Source: Caldisericota bacterium (GTDB lineage Bacteria > CAIJMQ01 > JAADFP01). Taken from it: a DNA stretch of 11,544 bases. The stretch spans positions 1-11,544 of the forward strand of contig JAADFP010000115.1 of NCBI GenBank assembly GCA_013152825.1. The letters run 5' to 3'. Position 1 is the stretch's first letter, and each line of letters begins with the position of its first letter. Positions 8,081-11,544 of this stretch are shown in pieces. Both the position numbers and the translations under genes were made by a program. A model generated the notes under the pieces. It ran no database searches. It worked only from the letters and a program-made list of their open reading frames with translations, and had not been told where the DNA came from.

Positions 8081-9435
8081 CTACTTCCCGCAGATCGTCT
8101 CACTTAGAGCAGAATCAATAATCTCTATGCCGGTTTCCAGTTCCTTCCGGCTGATAGAAAGAGGAGGCGCAATTCTCAGCACATTACCGAACATTCCAAT
8201 AGGAGCAATCATTAAGAGTCCACGCTCATACGCTTTCTGCACTACCTTCCTGGCTTTTTCCGGCGAGGGTTTTTTGCTTTTTTTATCCTCTACTATTTCC
8301 AGCCCCCAGACAAGCCCCATTCCCCTCACATCGCCTAAAATACTGTGGCGAGAAAGCAATTCCTGGAAAGATTTATCTAAAAACTCCCCCTCCCTGCCTC
8401 GCATTCTCCACCAGGTTTTCTTCCATAATAATATTTATATTTTCCAGTGCCACCCTGGAGCAAAACGGGTTTCCTCCGTGGGTAGAAGAAAGAGAACCAG
8501 GAGTAAGAATATCCATAATACGCGCTTCTCCTATCAGGGCAGAAAGAGGCACAGAAGAAGTAATCCCTTTTCCCAGGCAAAGCAGGTTGGGAGTAATTCC
8601 GTAGTGCTCAAAACCAAATAACCGCCCGGTTCTTCCAAAAGAAGCCTGCACCTCATCGATAATCAATAAAGCTTCTTTCTCCCCGGCCAGCTTTTCCAGC
8701 TTTTTCATCCATTCCCGGGGAGGAATAATAGAACCTGCCCCCCCCTGGTAAGTCTCAGTTATAAAGGCAGCAATGCGGTTTTCTGACTCGCACGGCAACA
8801 CCCAATCCACAATAAAATCAAAACAGTAGGTTTTGCAGGCAGGATACGTCCGGTCAAAAGGGCAACGGTAACAATAAGGAAAAGGAGCCAGAATTATCCC
8901 GGGCAAAAAAGGCCCAAAACCACGCGTTCCTGCTCCGCTTTTCTTCCCTCCAATGGAAAGCGCTCCGTAAGTTCGTCCGTGAAATGCCCCGTAAAAAGCT
9001 ACTATCTCGTATTTCCCCGTATAAAGGCGGGAAAGTTTTACCGCTGCTTCCGTGGTTTCAGCTCCGGTAGTAAGTAAAAAAGCCTTATCCAGGTTGGGGG
9101 GAGTAATTTCCACCAATTTCCTGGCCAGCTGCAAACGGTATTCCGTGGGAAAATCGTAGCAATTTATCACCCTATCAGCCTGCTCTCTTATAGCTTTTAC
9201 CAGCCTGGGATGGGAATGCCCAATGCCCTACATTTGCCACCAGCACCCCGGAGGAAAAATCCAGGAAAACATTACCTTCCACATCCTCCACATAAACACC
9301 CTGAGCCTTTTCCCAGACTGCCGGCACCTGCTCGCTCATGGAACGAGGTTCATAGGTTTCCTTTAACTTCAGGATCTCTCTCGTTTTCCCACCAGGGAGA
9401 TTCTTGGTCAATTTAATCCCCTCGCTCATGTTCAT
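8081..9435 (-). pseudogene. Class III PLP-dependent aminotransferase (acetylornithine/ornithine/GABA-AT family), interrupted by two frameshifts (fragments 9175..9435, 8373..9170, 8081..8404)
   Basis: N-fragment: ...VFLDFSSGVLVANVGH. The middle-fragment frame stays open upstream as GIGHSHPRLVKAIREQADRV-INCYDF. The middle fragment carries the GRT motif, DEVQASFGRTGRLFGFEHYG and the PLP-lysine context LCLGKGITSSVPLSA. C-fragment: ...LLSRHSILGDVRGMGLVWGLEIV...GNVLRIAPPLSI. Removing one 7-bp repeat copy at 9215-9228 gives ANVGHSHPRLV. Reducing C5 to C4 at 8386-8390 gives ENARQGGEFLDKSFQELLSRH. The likely true start is the ATG at 9429 (SD AAGGAGGT, 6-nt spacer). Confidence 0.75.
9215..9228. repeat. 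Perfect 7-bp tandem duplication AATGCCC x2 (coding strand GGGCATT x2) that causes the first aminotransferase frameshift
   Basis: Read directly: 9215-9221 = 9222-9228. It sits exactly at the conserved GH-SHP motif. Confidence 0.9.
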
Positions 9436-9455
9436 ACCTCCTTATTTATTAGTTA

Positions 9456-11200
9456 TTAAGAAAAAGGCGAATATAAATTGGTTATAGGAAGGCGCCTGTC
9501 CCTTCCAAAAGCACGGGGAGATATTTTTATACCCGGGGGCGCCTGTCGCCTTTTATACTCGTTTCTATCTACCATACGAATAACATCCCTTACAACATCT
9601 TCCTTGTATCCGAGCCCAAGAAGTTCCTGGAAAGAATATTCCTTTTCCACATAGGCCTTAAGAATAGCATCCAGTACCTCGTAAGGAGGAAGGGTATCCT
9701 GGTCCTTCTGCCCCGGCCTTAATTCTGCAGAGGGTGGTTTTTTAATGATATTTTCCGGAATAATTTCCTTACCTTCCCTACAATTAATAAAACGGGCAAC
9801 TCTATATACTTCTGTTTTATATACATCCTTGAGGACAGCAAACCCGCCGGCCATATCTCCGTAAAGCGTAGCATACCCACAGCTCATCTCACTCTTCTTA
9901 TTCCCTGTAGTTAAAACCAGCCAGCCAAACTTATTGGACAAGGCCATCAAAAGATTGCCCCGTATTCTCGCCTGGATATTTTCTTCGGTAACGTCTTCCT
10001 TTAAAGCTTTAAAAACTTCCCTTTTTAGCACCTTACGATAAGCATTAAAAATTTCCTGGATGGGAAGAGTAAAAGTCTTAATCCCCAGGTTTTTAGACAG
10101 GATTTGCGCATCCTCCATGCTGGAAGGAGCATTATACTGAGAAGGCATGATTACTCCTACCACGTTCTCCTCCCCCAGCGCCTCCCTGGCAATACAGGCT
10201 ACCAGGGAAGAATCTATTCCCCCGCTCAACCCCACCAGAACCTTTTCAATTCAAATCCATTCTTCCTGACATAATCCCGGGTGCCCAGCACCAATGCCCG
10301 AAAGATCTCTTCTTCCTGTACAGGAACAGTCTCAATCCTTTTCTCCAGCCTTTTATCTTTATGCTTGCCTTCTCTGCTTATCTCTACCAGTGGAGGAGAG
10401 GGATAATCCAGTTTTTTTGCCCTTCTCCGGGGATCCTGCAGGTGGGAACGTAATACCCTATCCGGCTCCAGGTCTATTGTGACCAGGTCTTCCTGGAATA
10501 TCTTTGCCCTCACCATCAGATAGCCTTTTTCGTCAAACACCAGGCTCCCGCCGTCGAAAACGAGTTCATCCTGCCCCCCTACCATGTTTACATACGCCAC
10601 TATCGCCCCACACTCCTGCGCGCGCGTAGAAAGCATCTTTTCCCGTAATTCGCGTTTACCCACATGGAAAGGTGAAGCAGAAATATTGACAAGCACCTGG
10701 GCTTCTCCCCCTATTGCCTGGTTGAGATGCGGTCCTTCTGGATACCATATATCCTCGCAGATGCTCACTCCTACTCGGGTACCATTAATCAGGAAAACCG
10801 GTGTCTCCCGGCCTCTCTGAAAATACCTGTACTCATCAAACACCCCGTAATTTGGCAGAAAAATCTTACGATATACTCCCCTGACTTCCCCTTCTGAAAT
10901 TACTGCAAGCGCATTGAATATGTCATCTTCCACCTCTACAAACCCCACCACGGCCACTATTCCCCTGACCTCCCCGGCCAGAGAATTCAATGCCTCCATA
11001 TTCTCCTGCAAGAATTGCGGCTTGAGTAAAAGATCCTCCGGAGGATAACCGGTGAGAGCAAGTTCGGGGAATATCACAATATCTGATTCCCGGGCGTGTG
11101 CTTTTTCTATAAAGCTAAGGATTTTATCTGAATTGCCCTTTAAATCTCCCACAGTGGAATTTATTTGCGCCAGGGACACACGCAACAAATTTCTTTCCAT
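9456..11200 (-). pseudogene. nadE: Glutamine-dependent NAD+ synthetase NadE (N-terminal CN-hydrolase/nitrilase domain + C-terminal NAD synthetase domain), split by a -1 frameshift in an A4 run (fragments 10226..11200 and 9456..10235)
   Basis: Fragment 1 has the carbon-nitrogen hydrolase fold (IVIFPELALTGYPPEDLL...SICEDIWYPEG) and runs into the synthetase-domain start ([22 protein letters not shown]). Fragment 2 begins GLSGGIDSS (P-loop) and contains [21 protein letters not shown]. With five A's instead of four at coding AAAAGG (plus T4 at 10243-10246) the protein reads ...[20 protein letters not shown]. Confidence 0.8.
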
Positions 11201-11256
11201 ACCCCAAGTTTATCTCAAAAAGGTAAAAAATTCAAAAAAAACCCCGGGGGAGAGGT

Positions 11257-11298
11257 TAGAATTTAGACTTAAGACTATAGACGTTAGACTATAGACTG
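11257..11298. repeat. 7-bp tandem repeat (TAGAATT)-TAGACTT-AAGACTA-TAGACGT-TAGACTA-TAGACTG, 5-6 copies
   Basis: Read directly. The same heptamer family (as complement AGTCTAT/GGTCTAA/AGTCTTT) occurs at 5604-5631. Confidence 0.7.
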
Positions 11299-11523
11299 GG
11301 GAGTAGTTGGTAGCGAGTAGATAGTAGTGAGAGGAGAATTAGTTACTGGTTTTGGGTTGGTAGGTGCAAAATGCAAAATCCAGGGACAGTTTTCCCTATC
11401 TACTAACTACTGTCTACTATCTACTGAGATAGTAGCGAGGGAAGGGTAGTGAGCAGTGAATAGATAATCCTGGTTTCTTAGGATCCTGGTATTCCTGGTT
11501 TATTGCCCGCCTATCCCAACCCC
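11257..11523 (-). repeat. Composite intergenic repeat element, copy B, inverted relative to copy A
   Basis: The reverse complement of 11440-11523 matches 5281-5360. RC of 11257-11340 matches 5560-5631. The outer GGCGGGCAAT ends of A and B face away from each other across ~6.2 kb, and each is flanked on the outside by a short GC hairpin (CCCAAC...GTTGGG at 11514-11537). Confidence 0.6.
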
Positions 11524-11544
11524 GGCAGAACGTTGGGGAAGGCA

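Noticed and set aside
9490-9548. Direct repeat GGCGCCTGTC (9491-9500 and 9538-9547) resembling the element motif ACAGGCGGGC
   Set aside because: Both copies lie in-frame within the conserved NadE C-terminus (…APPG…GRDRR…), so they are explained by the coding sequence.
11241-11250. CCCCGGGGG palindrome followed on the minus strand by T7-8, a possible terminator of an upstream gene
   Set aside because: The stem can be at most 3-4 bp with a minimal loop, too weak to call. It may simply be part of the nadE 5' leader.
1-11544. CRISPR arrays, tRNA or rRNA genes
   Set aside because: No regularly spaced 25-40-bp direct repeats, no cloverleaf-compatible GTTC/TTCGA arm patterns, and no rRNA-like conserved blocks were seen.

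Overview
All supportable genes in this 11.5-kb window lie on the minus strand and are read right to left. Left block (1-5064): the N-terminus of a probable P1B-type heavy-metal ATPase (runs off the window), hflK, an hflC that is frameshifted by a perfect 10-bp tandem duplication, an unusual 623-aa fusion of a ~6-helix membrane domain with a C-terminal SPFH/band-7 (HflK-like) domain, and an ABC-2 family permease with no ATPase gene beside it. Right block (5614-11200): a Gfo/Idh/MocA oxidoreductase, an M20 amidohydrolase (ArgE/DapE-like), a class III PLP aminotransferase broken by a 7-bp tandem duplication plus a homopolymer indel, and a glutamine-dependent NAD+ synthetase (NadE) split at a homopolymer. 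Two long non-coding regions (5065-5613 and 11201-11544) carry inverted copies of a composite repeat element. Each copy has a GGCGGGCAAT...ACCAGGA end, strand-asymmetric YACT low-complexity tracts and a TAGACTN heptamer array. A smaller fragment of the same element (hairpin + ACAGGCGGGC + CTACTAACTACT) sits at 8036-8085. I see no rRNA, tRNA or CRISPR array. The most unusual items are the repeat-element pair bracketing the 6.2-kb metabolic gene block, the triple SPFH module coupled to an orphan permease, and the short tandem duplications that inactivate reading frames.
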